The position numbers were made by a program, and so were the translations under genes. Positions 7,772-14,903 of a stretch of 43,373 nucleotides of DNA are shown here, piece by piece; within the stretch, counting starts at the first letter, position 1; every line of letters starts with the position of its first letter. The notes under the pieces were generated by a model. That model was not told the origin of the DNA. It did no database searches and was given only the letters and a program-made list of their open reading frames with translations. The DNA comes from a virus. Its lineage: Duplodnaviria; Caudoviricetes. The stretch lies in IMG/VR virus record IMGVR_UViG_3300031519_000053, positions 1 through 43,373 of that record; one strand, given 5' to 3'.

Positions 7772-7810
7772 AGGGTGGCACACTTTAACCGGTGTGCCAG
7801 CGGCTTTAAT
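7772..7810 (-). repeat. 39-nt structured element, copy 1 (5' of tRNA-Lys)
   Basis: 38/39 identical to 8951-8989; TGGCACAC/GTGTGCCA stem. Confidence 0.85.
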
Positions 7811-7819
7811 ATTGCTTAT

Positions 7820-8176
7820 CTACTTGTTTTCGACAGCTTGCATTGCATATGCGCGTAAACATGCTCGGGTCATCTGAATGGCTAGTGACTCATCATTCAA
7901 TACTTCTTCATTCAGGATGCAAGACTTCCCTGATGTTAGATAAGCCTTTCGTTCAGTCAAGGCAATACGACCCTCAATGTTTTCAAGGCGAGCAGTGTAG
8001 ATAGCCGCAGATTGATACTCGTTTTGCAGCCTCGCTTCTGTTGCTTCGTTGATAATCTTACTCGATCGATAATCTCCAACCATCCATGCACCTGACACAA
8101 AGATAAGGGCACCTGCGAAATACATCGCGTAGGCTTTTGCTGCTCGGCTAAACCACTCTTGGGATAATGCACTCAT
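7820..8176 (-). CDS. Membrane-anchored hypothetical protein
   Basis: N-terminal hydrophobic helix then coiled-coil-like region; follows the promoter at 8224-8253. Confidence 0.7.
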   Translation of the reverse strand: MSALSQEWFSRAAKAYAMYFAGALIFVSGAWMVGDYRSSKIINEATEARLQNEYQSAAIYTARLENIEGRIALTERKAYLTSGKSCILNEEVLNDESLAIQMTRACLRAYAMQAVENK

Positions 8177-8223
8177 TATATTATTCTTCTCTCGGTTTAT
8201 TTGTTTGTCTCTAATGTTATACT

Positions 8224-8253
8224 ATTATAGCAGAAAGAGATGTTGCCTGTCAA
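8224..8253 (-). promoter_or_regulatory. Sigma70 promoter
   Basis: TTGACA-18-TATAAT. Confidence 0.75.
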
Positions 8254-8259
8254 GGCTTT

Positions 8260-8403
8260 TTATTCATCGTGTATTGGGTTGTCGACAGCTACGCGACCGG
8301 CACGAAATGATAAGTAGACAACAGAGATCGCAAGTCCGATGCAGCAGGTTGCTGCCAAAGGCAACAAAACCATCTTCTTGATGCGGCGGCGTGAGTGCTT
8401 CAT
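8260..8403 (-). CDS. Small membrane protein (47 aa)
   Basis: MKHSRRRIKKMVLLPLAATCCIGLAISVVYLSFR...; AGGA upstream. Confidence 0.55.
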   Translation of the reverse strand: MKHSRRRIKKMVLLPLAATCCIGLAISVVYLSFRAGRVAVDNPIHDE

Positions 8404-8469
8404 ATTATTCCTGCAACTTTAAAAAACAAAATAAGGAACATAAAAGAAAACACGTATGCGACTCGTGCC

Positions 8470-8622
8470 TTAGATATCTTCATTATAACTCTTAAGTTTC
8501 TCCCTCAGTCTATCGACTTCAGCTAGCAATTTGGTTCGATCTTGCTGAGCTATGAGGACATTCCACTTCTGGGCGTTGTTATTGGTATGAGATTTGATCT
8601 CTGAGATCTCTGTATCGGTCAT
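8470..8622 (-). CDS. Small hypothetical protein
   Basis: MTDTEISEIK...LLAEVDRLR, a phage-type coiled-coil ending. Confidence 0.6.
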   Translation of the reverse strand: MTDTEISEIKSHTNNNAQKWNVLIAQQDRTKLLAEVDRLREKLKSYNEDI

Positions 8623-8627
8623 TGTCT

Positions 8628-8921
8628 TCAACTCTCTAGAGGGGGCTCGTTGCAACCAAAGAGCACCCGCGATACATCAACAAACTCTACTTCGATTCCG
8701 GCTGGGATAAACATTTCTTGTCCTGATTGTGTTACAACTGATAGAATTTCTTCTAGTTCTACTGTCTCTGAGTTTATTTCTGGAAAGGTGTCAAAGATTA
8801 TGATACCTTCTCCTTCGATCGACTTGAGTTTTTGGATCACTTCTTCTCTGCCGGGAGTGAAGGTATATAAGAATGTGTACCTTAGAGTCTCGTTCTCGGC
8901 GAAGTGTCTATATATTTTCAT
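8628..8921 (-). CDS. Hypothetical protein
   Basis: 97-aa co-oriented ORF. Confidence 0.65.
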   Translation of the reverse strand: MKIYRHFAENETLRYTFLYTFTPGREEVIQKLKSIEGEGIIIFDTFPEINSETVELEEILSVVTQSGQEMFIPAGIEVEFVDVSRVLFGCNEPPLES

Positions 8922-8950
8922 ACTCAGTTCTCTCTATGAGGGGAGCGAGG

Positions 8951-8989
8951 AGGGTGGCACACATTAACCGGTGTGCCAGCGGCTTTAAT
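8951..8989 (-). repeat. 39-nt structured element, copy 2 (3' of the CAU tRNA)
   Basis: Begins at the terminal A of the tRNA CCA. Confidence 0.85.
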
Positions 8990-9065
8990 GGTTGTCCCGC
9001 TCGGACTTGAACCGAGAACCTGCGGTTTATGAGACCGACGCTCTAACCAATTGAGCTACGGGACA
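8989..9065 (-). tRNA. tRNA with CAU anticodon, most likely tRNA-Ile2
   Basis: TGTCCCGTAGCTCAATTGGTTAGAGCGTCGGTCTCATAAACCGCAGG...GGTTCAAGTCC...ACCA. No initiator features; C4:G69 and C5:G68 pairs; adjacent to tilS. Confidence 0.85.
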
Positions 9066-9125
9066 TTAACATTTTAAGTTTTTCTGTTCTGGTGAAGTGC
9101 TTCTTTCTTCTTTGAGCTTATCTAG

Positions 9126-9154
9126 ATTATACTACACTACTTCTGAGTTGTCAA
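9126..9154 (-). promoter_or_regulatory. Consensus sigma70 promoter for the CAU tRNA
   Basis: TTGACA-17-TATAAT. Confidence 0.8.
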
Positions 9155-9178
9155 GGTTCTTTTGCTGCCTCTGTCGAT

Positions 9179-9787
9179 TTATTTCTCCATCGCTTTCAAC
9201 AGAAGTTTGCGTACTGTTTTCTTGATGCCCGGATTGACTTCTATTGCATGCGGCATCAATACGTGCCTAATATAATTTCTCCGATATCGCGTATCGCTAT
9301 TGCTAGGGTCATCAATAGTAGGCACACCCTTGCGGACACACCAAAGGGTAAACTCACTCTTCTCAGTCGTAAGGAAAGGTCGTATAAACTGATCGCGCTT
9401 ATGCGGGATGAGTCGCCCTTTACCATTTAAGCTTGAGAAGATCCATCCTTCTACGCAATCATCAAGGTGGTGTGCCATGGCGATCTGCCCCTCATATGAT
9501 TCTTCGAAGAATTCATATCGCTTGCCTCTCCACCAGTTTTCACGCGAAACCCCAGCGGGCATATCTTCTTCGTTGCGACCGAGGATCAAAGAGATGCCAT
9601 TCTTCGTACAATAATCACGCACTAACTTCTCAGCATCGTCAGCATATTGCCCAGTGCCGTGATTGTAGTGTAGTGCTGTGATCTTATGATTGCCGCGTCG
9701 AAGGAAGTCAAGCATAGCCATCGAATCGATGCCGCCGCTAACTGCCACTCCGATATTTGATGGCACCTTGCCTAAGATATTGATCAT
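9179..9787 (-). CDS. tilS: tRNA(Ile)-lysidine synthetase, catalytic domain only
   Basis: AVSGGIDS PP-loop, HYNHG, RYEFF, AHHLDDCVE, IRPFL, DPSN..TRYRRNYIRH; AGGAG before ATG 9787. Confidence 0.92.
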   Translation of the reverse strand: MINILGKVPSNIGVAVSGGIDSMAMLDFLRRGNHKITALHYNHGTGQYADDAEKLVRDYCTKNGISLILGRNEEDMPAGVSRENWWRGKRYEFFEESYEGQIAMAHHLDDCVEGWIFSSLNGKGRLIPHKRDQFIRPFLTTEKSEFTLWCVRKGVPTIDDPSNSDTRYRRNYIRHVLMPHAIEVNPGIKKTVRKLLLKAMEK

Positions 9788-9812
9788 TCTTCGTTCTCCT
9801 TGTACGTTCAAC

Positions 9813-9995
9813 TCAAGTTGGCTCTATAAGCCAGATAGGGCAAGTAATAGACACCCCCTCCTTATAGGTAGACTTCTTAGCTATCTCGACTGTGCCCTCT
9901 GGCGTCTCAACTATGCAAACCCCATCCTCACACTGATCGATCACGCACTGTGGCTGTTCTGGTTGGTTTTTGAAGATTGCTAGCAGCAGCATCAT
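9813..9995 (-). CDS. Small hypothetical protein (possibly DUF3006-like)
   Basis: VIDQCEDGVCIVE...KEG; first gene after a promoter cassette. Confidence 0.6.
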   Translation of the reverse strand: MMLLLAIFKNQPEQPQCVIDQCEDGVCIVETPEGTVEIAKKSTYKEGVSITCPIWLIEPT

Positions 9996-10003
9996 GTATT
10001 CGC

Positions 10004-10078
10004 TTCCTTAGTTGATGTATACATTATCCCACATGCGAGAGAGAAAGTCAACCCCAATCTTGTCAATTTGAAGTTAAG
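10004..10078 (-). promoter_or_regulatory. Promoter cassette copy with leader and SD
   Basis: 10004-10051 is identical to 772-819; extra TTGAC at 10062 and TTAAC at 10073. Confidence 0.85.
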
Positions 10079-10304
10079 TTAGCCTGACATTCTTTTCGCC
10101 ATTGTGGAGCGTATTCTCATGCACCGTCAGGATCTCACCGGTCTCCAACAACTTGATCACCCAGCCTTGCTCTGTCTCCATTTTATCTACCTTTGCACCG
10201 ATAGCGACAGACTCAGCCTCAACTTCACATATTCCCATTAACAGCGCCGGTCCCTGATCGAGCCAAGCCTTCACTTGCCCTACTTCAAATTGTTTACTCA
10301 TCAT
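10074..10304 (-). CDS. Hypothetical protein (SH3-like)
   Basis: FEVGQV...WVIKLLETGEILTVHE; GGAG SD. Confidence 0.7.
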   Translation of the reverse strand: MMSKQFEVGQVKAWLDQGPALLMGICEVEAESVAIGAKVDKMETEQGWVIKLLETGEILTVHENTLHNGEKNVRLT

Positions 10305-10330
10305 TAAGTACTCCTATACTATGTTGTATC

Positions 10331-10359
10331 ATAATATCACCTGCATACACAATAGTCAA
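10331..10359 (-). promoter_or_regulatory. Sigma70-type promoter
   Basis: TTGACT-17-TATTAT. Confidence 0.65.
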
Positions 10360-10367
10360 GCAGTTTT

Positions 10368-10766
10368 TTATTTGACTTTCGTGTCTTGTCCGCTATAGAT
10401 CTTTTTTAGCCAGTCTTCGGGGCACCAGTTATCGTCTTCGGATAGCTGAGCGCTCTCGTATGCTGATGGCAGCTTGAACCATTTGACTCTAACAAATTTG
10501 TACTTGGGCTTCTTGCACCATGTTTGCGCATTAAAGGCAAAAAACACAGAGGTCATGCCAGGATCTGCGCTATTCTTCGTAATACGTTCTATGTAATTCA
10601 CTCTATCAAAATATGATAGAGATTTTACTTTTCGCATCACATCGATGATAGGATCTTCCAGTTTTATGATCTCACGTATGTCATCAATCCGCTCTACGAC
10701 TATCCCCAAGCCCTTCTTGCGCCGGCGGTATAGACACACTAAATCTCCTGTATCGACTTTTGGCAT
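10368..10766 (-). CDS. Hypothetical protein, GDLV family with insertion
   Basis: VDTGDLVCL...LGIVVE...VRVKW...DWLKKI. Confidence 0.75.
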   Translation of the reverse strand: MPKVDTGDLVCLYRRRKKGLGIVVERIDDIREIIKLEDPIIDVMRKVKSLSYFDRVNYIERITKNSADPGMTSVFFAFNAQTWCKKPKYKFVRVKWFKLPSAYESAQLSEDDNWCPEDWLKKIYSGQDTKVK

Positions 10767-10848
10767 TGCTGTGCTTTCCTTTTCTTAGTATGTCTTACTA
10801 TACCACAGCTAACAAAACTATCCAAGATCTTTTTGGTCAAGAAGATGT

Positions 10849-11142
10849 TCAGTCGTCGTACTTCTTCGCGTTCATAATAGCATCGACATATCCCGGCGGT
10901 ACTTTTACAATCATATAACGCCACCCCATCCACTTGATAGAAAACAAAGCTTTCATGAGAAGAGGATCGAGCCCAAGAGAGGGTTCCTCTACTTCTATCA
11001 CCAAAACGATATGAGATCCGCCATCATCATTTTCAAATCTAGCAGTAAACCTGCCATCGAACTCGTTAGCGGCATGTATCATCAGCTGCTTTACTGCCTC
11101 CTCTCTTTCCGCCTTCTCACCTGAAAAATGCTTACTCGTCAT
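10849..11142 (-). CDS. Hypothetical protein
   Basis: Co-oriented ORF overlapping its neighbour. Confidence 0.7.
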   Translation of the reverse strand: MTSKHFSGEKAEREEAVKQLMIHAANEFDGRFTARFENDDGGSHIVLVIEVEEPSLGLDPLLMKALFSIKWMGWRYMIVKVPPGYVDAIMNAKKYDD

Positions 11143-11383
11143 CTTTGAAACCTCTGCTTAATATTTCGATATCGTCTTCGTGGGTATGTAAGATAATCAA
11201 AGGATCTCCAGAACTCTTGCTCTCGCAATGGGCTACCAGGGCTACTGGCTCTAAGTTGGACACCTGCAACACGATTCCATAATTGTATATCGGGACTGAC
11301 CCAACAACACTTTCCTCGCATGCGGCATAGACGCTGTGTCCAACAATCCATCGAATAAAGGAGCCTTTAGTAATCTTATCCAC
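11132..11383 (-). CDS. Hypothetical protein (SH3-like)
   Basis: ITKGSFIRW...YGIVLQV...DIEILS. Confidence 0.7.
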   Translation of the reverse strand: MDKITKGSFIRWIVGHSVYAACEESVVGSVPIYNYGIVLQVSNLEPVALVAHCESKSSGDPLIILHTHEDDIEILSRGFKDDE

Positions 11384-11407
11384 ATTATAACTATGGGCTC
11401 GGCATTG

Positions 11408-11647
11408 CTAAAAGTGTGCTAGCCTACCTTTTAGTTGATCCTGACCACCAATTAGGTTGTTTTGTTCGCCACTGTGCTCAATAATAATTGGAAATGTTGG
11501 CCAGATAAGTCGGCTCTTTATCTCTTCTCGATAGTCTTTAGAAAAATCACAGTTCACAAACACATACTGACATCCTTGCTCCATCAAGTCTGCGCAGGCA
11601 CGAAGGCACGAGGGGCAGTCAGAAATTCCATACACAATATAATACAT
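11408..11647 (-). CDS. Glutaredoxin
   Basis: YGISDCPSC, WPTFPII, IGGQDQL. Confidence 0.85.
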   Translation of the reverse strand: MYYIVYGISDCPSCLRACADLMEQGCQYVFVNCDFSKDYREEIKSRLIWPTFPIIIEHSGEQNNLIGGQDQLKGRLAHF

Positions 11648-11648
11648 C

Positions 11649-11912
11649 TTATTCCTTTAATTTGGTTTTGAAAATCTTTATAAATTGGACGTTGCTCTGG
11701 TACTTTATCTGATAATCTTGCTTTCCCTTGAACGCATTGCGGAGAGCAGTCAGCGAACAAGCATGCGCCTTATCGTCTATTATCATATAGACCGACGAAG
11801 TGCCCTGGTTGCAAATCGCGATCGCGTCTCGATGCACTGCCCTCAAAGAAGAATAGACCCCTAAGAAGTGATCAAACTTGTCAAACAAGCAATAGGTATA
11901 AATTTTAGTCAT
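11649..11912 (-). CDS. Hypothetical protein
   Basis: TGATG-coupled ORF. Confidence 0.7.
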   Translation of the reverse strand: MTKIYTYCLFDKFDHFLGVYSSLRAVHRDAIAICNQGTSSVYMIIDDKAHACSLTALRNAFKGKQDYQIKYQSNVQFIKIFKTKLKE

Positions 11913-12181
11913 CAGTTGTTCGCGTTAGTCTCAGTTATATTCAAGATTAAATTTTGATTAGCCAAGGAGATAATCGCCTCAGTAAACTCAATTTGTGATC
12001 GTATTATAGCGGCTTCTTCTTTGGATTCCGCGACAGACTCTTTATCCTTGAGTAAGATCAGCTGCTCGATTGTCTCCATATATAAAGCTAACCCTTGCAG
12101 ATTATTTAAAAACTGCTCACATTTAGCAGCGGACTCGTGAAAGGGTCCGACCGAGAAAAAATGCTTCGATTTGCTTAACAT
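11912..12181 (-). CDS. Hypothetical protein
   Basis: GGAG SD; tight packing. Confidence 0.7.
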   Translation of the reverse strand: MLSKSKHFFSVGPFHESAAKCEQFLNNLQGLALYMETIEQLILLKDKESVAESKEEAAIIRSQIEFTEAIISLANQNLILNITETNANN

Positions 12182-12183
12182 CT

Positions 12184-12360
12184 TTACTCCTGCTGCTTGT
12201 TCTGAGTCGAGACAGCAGCTAAAGTCTCCGTCAGAAACTCTTTCTGCACCTTACAGTCAAATATCTCTTTCCTTAGCTTATCTTCTCTGATGTCCAGAAT
12301 CTGCAACTGGATTCGGCAGAAGTCAACCACTTTTTGTAACTCTTTTTTGTTATTGCTCAT
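12184..12360 (-). CDS. Small coiled-coil protein (58 aa, below the track cutoff)
   Basis: MSNNKKELQKVVDFCRIQLQILDIREDKLRKEIF...; fills the intergenic gap. Confidence 0.65.
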   Translation of the reverse strand: MSNNKKELQKVVDFCRIQLQILDIREDKLRKEIFDCKVQKEFLTETLAAVSTQNKQQE

Positions 12361-12381
12361 CGTACTATCCTTTTTTTCTTT

Positions 12382-12621
12382 TCACTTATCGGAACAACCT
12401 TTGCATCTTGTGTACTTTCGTTCTTTTTGCTCTGCAACTGATAGTTTGATTTTTTTAAACTTATCAATTGAATCTTTGATAATCTTTCCGTTCCCCAGGC
12501 ATCTGATAAAGTTCTCTTTTCTGTTGAAGGCTCCGCATACAACAATAGCCATCGATGGCTCGTAAAGTAAGTATTCGCCTGGGAATATTTTTGAACCCTC
12601 TATTATCGTTTCAAACTTCAC
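12382..12621 (-). CDS. Hypothetical protein with C-terminal CxxC
   Basis: GTGA overlap with the nucleotidyltransferase stop. Confidence 0.7.
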   Translation of the reverse strand: MKFETIIEGSKIFPGEYLLYEPSMAIVVCGAFNRKENFIRCLGNGKIIKDSIDKFKKIKLSVAEQKERKYTRCKGCSDK

Positions 12622-13508
12622 ATTGTGCTCATAAGGTTATCATAAGCTGATAGCTTCATGTCAGCTAGACGCCGCAAAGCATCTTCTCTGCGTAAGATCT
12701 TGAATGCAATGTTTTCTGGAGAATATTCTTGCTGTGGGCTGTCTAACCCTGCTTTTCGTAGGTTTCTTATTTTACCCTTGACCCGATCAATGTTGTTTAA
12801 TGCTGTCTGGTATTTTCCCCTATTTATTATATGCTTGATTAGGTTTATCTGAGTCTCTATATCATTACTCTTTCTTCTTGCCAAGCGATAATCAATATCA
12901 ACGCTCTCCGGATTCGGCTCAGTGATCCACTCCTGATCAGTCAGGGAGTAGATGCCAGAGGATCTGTGAACGTCGCTCACATTCTCTACATACAACTCTA
13001 CCTCGTATCCGTGGATCTTTATGTCGTGTAGGTCGTTCCAGCGTAGCCTAGCTGCATCAAAAAAAGACTTAACTAGTTCGGTGTCCTCATCGATTTTTGA
13101 GAAGTCTACGACGATATGCAGATCAATGTCCGAATACTTAGACCAATTATAGTTTGCCAAGGAGCCGGTAAACCTTACCTCTTCAACCGGTACCGACACA
13201 TCCAGATCTTCAATAAAGTCGTCGGCAATCTTAGATAGCCTTCTGGCTGCCTTACGACAAAGTTGGTTATCTGTCCAGAATTTGCTATTTAAATTCGGCT
13301 TCTTCGCGAAGCTCTCAGGATCAACTTCTTCGCCTATAGGTGGAGCACTGAGCGCTCGACTACTTGGCGGCTTCTTGGTATACGGAGAACCTCCCGCACT
13401 TGTTGATATAGGACCACCCTTCAAGTATTGGTTTCTGTCTTTAACGTAGCCCTTCTTGACGTTAGCCTGATATGGCTCATTCGATGTTTCCTCTCTCTTG
13501 TTTGCCAT
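12618..13508 (-). CDS. Pol-beta superfamily nucleotidyltransferase
   Basis: FTGSLANYNWSKYSDIDLHIVVD (hGS...DxD) plus VELYVE. Confidence 0.85.
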   Translation of the reverse strand: MANKREETSNEPYQANVKKGYVKDRNQYLKGGPISTSAGGSPYTKKPPSSRALSAPPIGEEVDPESFAKKPNLNSKFWTDNQLCRKAARRLSKIADDFIEDLDVSVPVEEVRFTGSLANYNWSKYSDIDLHIVVDFSKIDEDTELVKSFFDAARLRWNDLHDIKIHGYEVELYVENVSDVHRSSGIYSLTDQEWITEPNPESVDIDYRLARRKSNDIETQINLIKHIINRGKYQTALNNIDRVKGKIRNLRKAGLDSPQQEYSPENIAFKILRREDALRRLADMKLSAYDNLMSTM

Positions 13509-13510
13509 CT

Positions 13511-13855
13511 TTATCCTCCCTCATAAATTACTTGCTCACCATCTTCAAACGTAATAATCGTTTTGTTAGTTGGGTGAGGCTTTATGTGTATTTTTAAAAA
13601 ATCGTCAAACGCATCAAAAAACGCGATCGAACCGCGAGGCGATGGAGTTAGCCAGTGAATCACTGTGTGCCCTGTGGCAAAGCTAACTCCTTCTATTACA
13701 ACACCATCACCAGAGACTCCGGTTTCGTCGTGCTGCCGGCACACTGTGAATGTTCTTATACCTTCCGGTGCCCTGTTACTTGGTCTCTTCGGCTTCAAGT
13801 CGTCTGGCTCTATGGAGATCTCTCGGCTCTCTCCTTCCTTCTTTTCGGAATTCAT
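13511..13855 (-). CDS. Phage hypothetical protein
   Basis: RQHDETGVSGDGVVIEGV.F..G...IHWL motif. Confidence 0.8.
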   Translation of the reverse strand: MNSEKKEGESREISIEPDDLKPKRPSNRAPEGIRTFTVCRQHDETGVSGDGVVIEGVSFATGHTVIHWLTPSPRGSIAFFDAFDDFLKIHIKPHPTNKTIITFEDGEQVIYEGG

Positions 13856-14031
13856 ATTTCACCTTCTGTTTCGTGTTCTATCTTATCTTTCTCGATAATC
13901 TTATCATCGTATGAAGAAAGCTTAAGCCTTAACTTTATAACCCCTTCTTGGAGTTTGGCTATTTTCTCTTCTATCTTGTTCAAAGTGCATAATATGCCAT
14001 CATATTTGCAGTCATTATCTTTTTTTTGCAT
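13852..14031 (-). CDS. Small coiled-coil protein (59 aa, below the track cutoff)
   Basis: MQKKDNDCKYDGILCTLNKIEEKIAKLQEG...; ATGA overlap with the next gene. Confidence 0.6.
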   Translation of the reverse strand: MQKKDNDCKYDGILCTLNKIEEKIAKLQEGVIKLRLKLSSYDDKIIEKDKIEHETEGEI

Positions 14032-14066
14032 GAGCGAATCCCGTGATTGAAGTTGGTTAATATAAA

Positions 14067-14888
14067 CTAATTAGTTTCTTCTTCTCTCAGCGGCAGCGCA
14101 GTATCATACTCAAGGGCGGAAGCCCAGTTGATCTTGAAGGATGGGACAACTAATACTATGTTTTCCAAAATTTGGTTGCCTCCATAAATGCTAGCCCCGA
14201 CATCAATAGCGATCACATATCCTATATATTTTCCATCTCTCGAAAAGACGCCAGAGCCAGAGGAGCCAGACCAAGCATAAGACAATAGGTATATGAAATC
14301 TCCTCCTGTATGTCCTGAGATTTTACCATCGATTGTCAGGGGACCAATCCCGTTTGGAAAGCCAGTATATACTGTTTTGTTCATAATCGCAAGAGAGTCT
14401 ATCCAGTCATGCTTTGTTGTCGGTACCATTCTCGGTATCTTTATCGGTTCCCTGTCACTGATCTCGTACACTTCAATTAATGCGTAATCCGATGCTTTGT
14501 TTAGCTCGATAAATCTTCCACAAGGGTGCATAGTCTGACCGACAAGTATTCTGGTGTTCTCGCACGTTCCGATTATTCCGTGCATAGTAGTGATCACAAA
14601 GTACCTATCGAACATGTTAACATAAGTGCCACTCGAAGAGGCAATTCGAGTCGGCTCATGCTCATCAGAAGCAGATAGGACCCGGACAGCACTGCTGCGG
14701 GATCTTTCTATTGTTTCGGACCAATTCCCGAGATTAGTTGTCTGAGCATTATTATCGAGGGCAGCTATTTCTTTGTAAGATGGGTTTTGCTGATTGTCAA
14801 CGAATGATTTAGTGCCCAGATAGCAGATAAGGAGAACAACAACAGCATAAAAGGTTGTGCGAATAAAGGTCTTGGCGTTGTTGCTCAT
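14067..14888 (-). CDS. Membrane-anchored trypsin-like serine protease
   Basis: N-terminal TM helix; triad ITTMHG, DYALI, GSSGSG. Confidence 0.85.
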   Translation of the reverse strand: MSNNAKTFIRTTFYAVVVLLICYLGTKSFVDNQQNPSYKEIAALDNNAQTTNLGNWSETIERSRSSAVRVLSASDEHEPTRIASSSGTYVNMFDRYFVITTMHGIIGTCENTRILVGQTMHPCGRFIELNKASDYALIEVYEISDREPIKIPRMVPTTKHDWIDSLAIMNKTVYTGFPNGIGPLTIDGKISGHTGGDFIYLLSYAWSGSSGSGVFSRDGKYIGYVIAIDVGASIYGGNQILENIVLVVPSFKINWASALEYDTALPLREEETN

Positions 14889-14903
14889 ATCTTATGTATG
14901 CAG

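Noticed and set aside
7578-7781. 67-aa ORF across tRNA-Lys
   Set aside because: The N-terminal part is tRNA sequence; only the last 23 codons are plausible.
7772-7810. SAM-II or preQ1 riboswitch, or intrinsic terminator
   Set aside because: The TTTAACCG resemblance is on the antisense strand, other conserved riboswitch features are missing, and no U-tract follows the stem on the sense strand.
8989-9065. Initiator tRNA-fMet
   Set aside because: It has a paired 1:72 position and lacks three consecutive G-C pairs in the anticodon stem.
772-10078. Dispersed repeats as a CRISPR array or integron attC sites
   Set aside because: Spacing is irregular and gene-sized, the repeats match sigma70 promoters, they lack attC-type palindromy, and no cas or integrase gene is seen.
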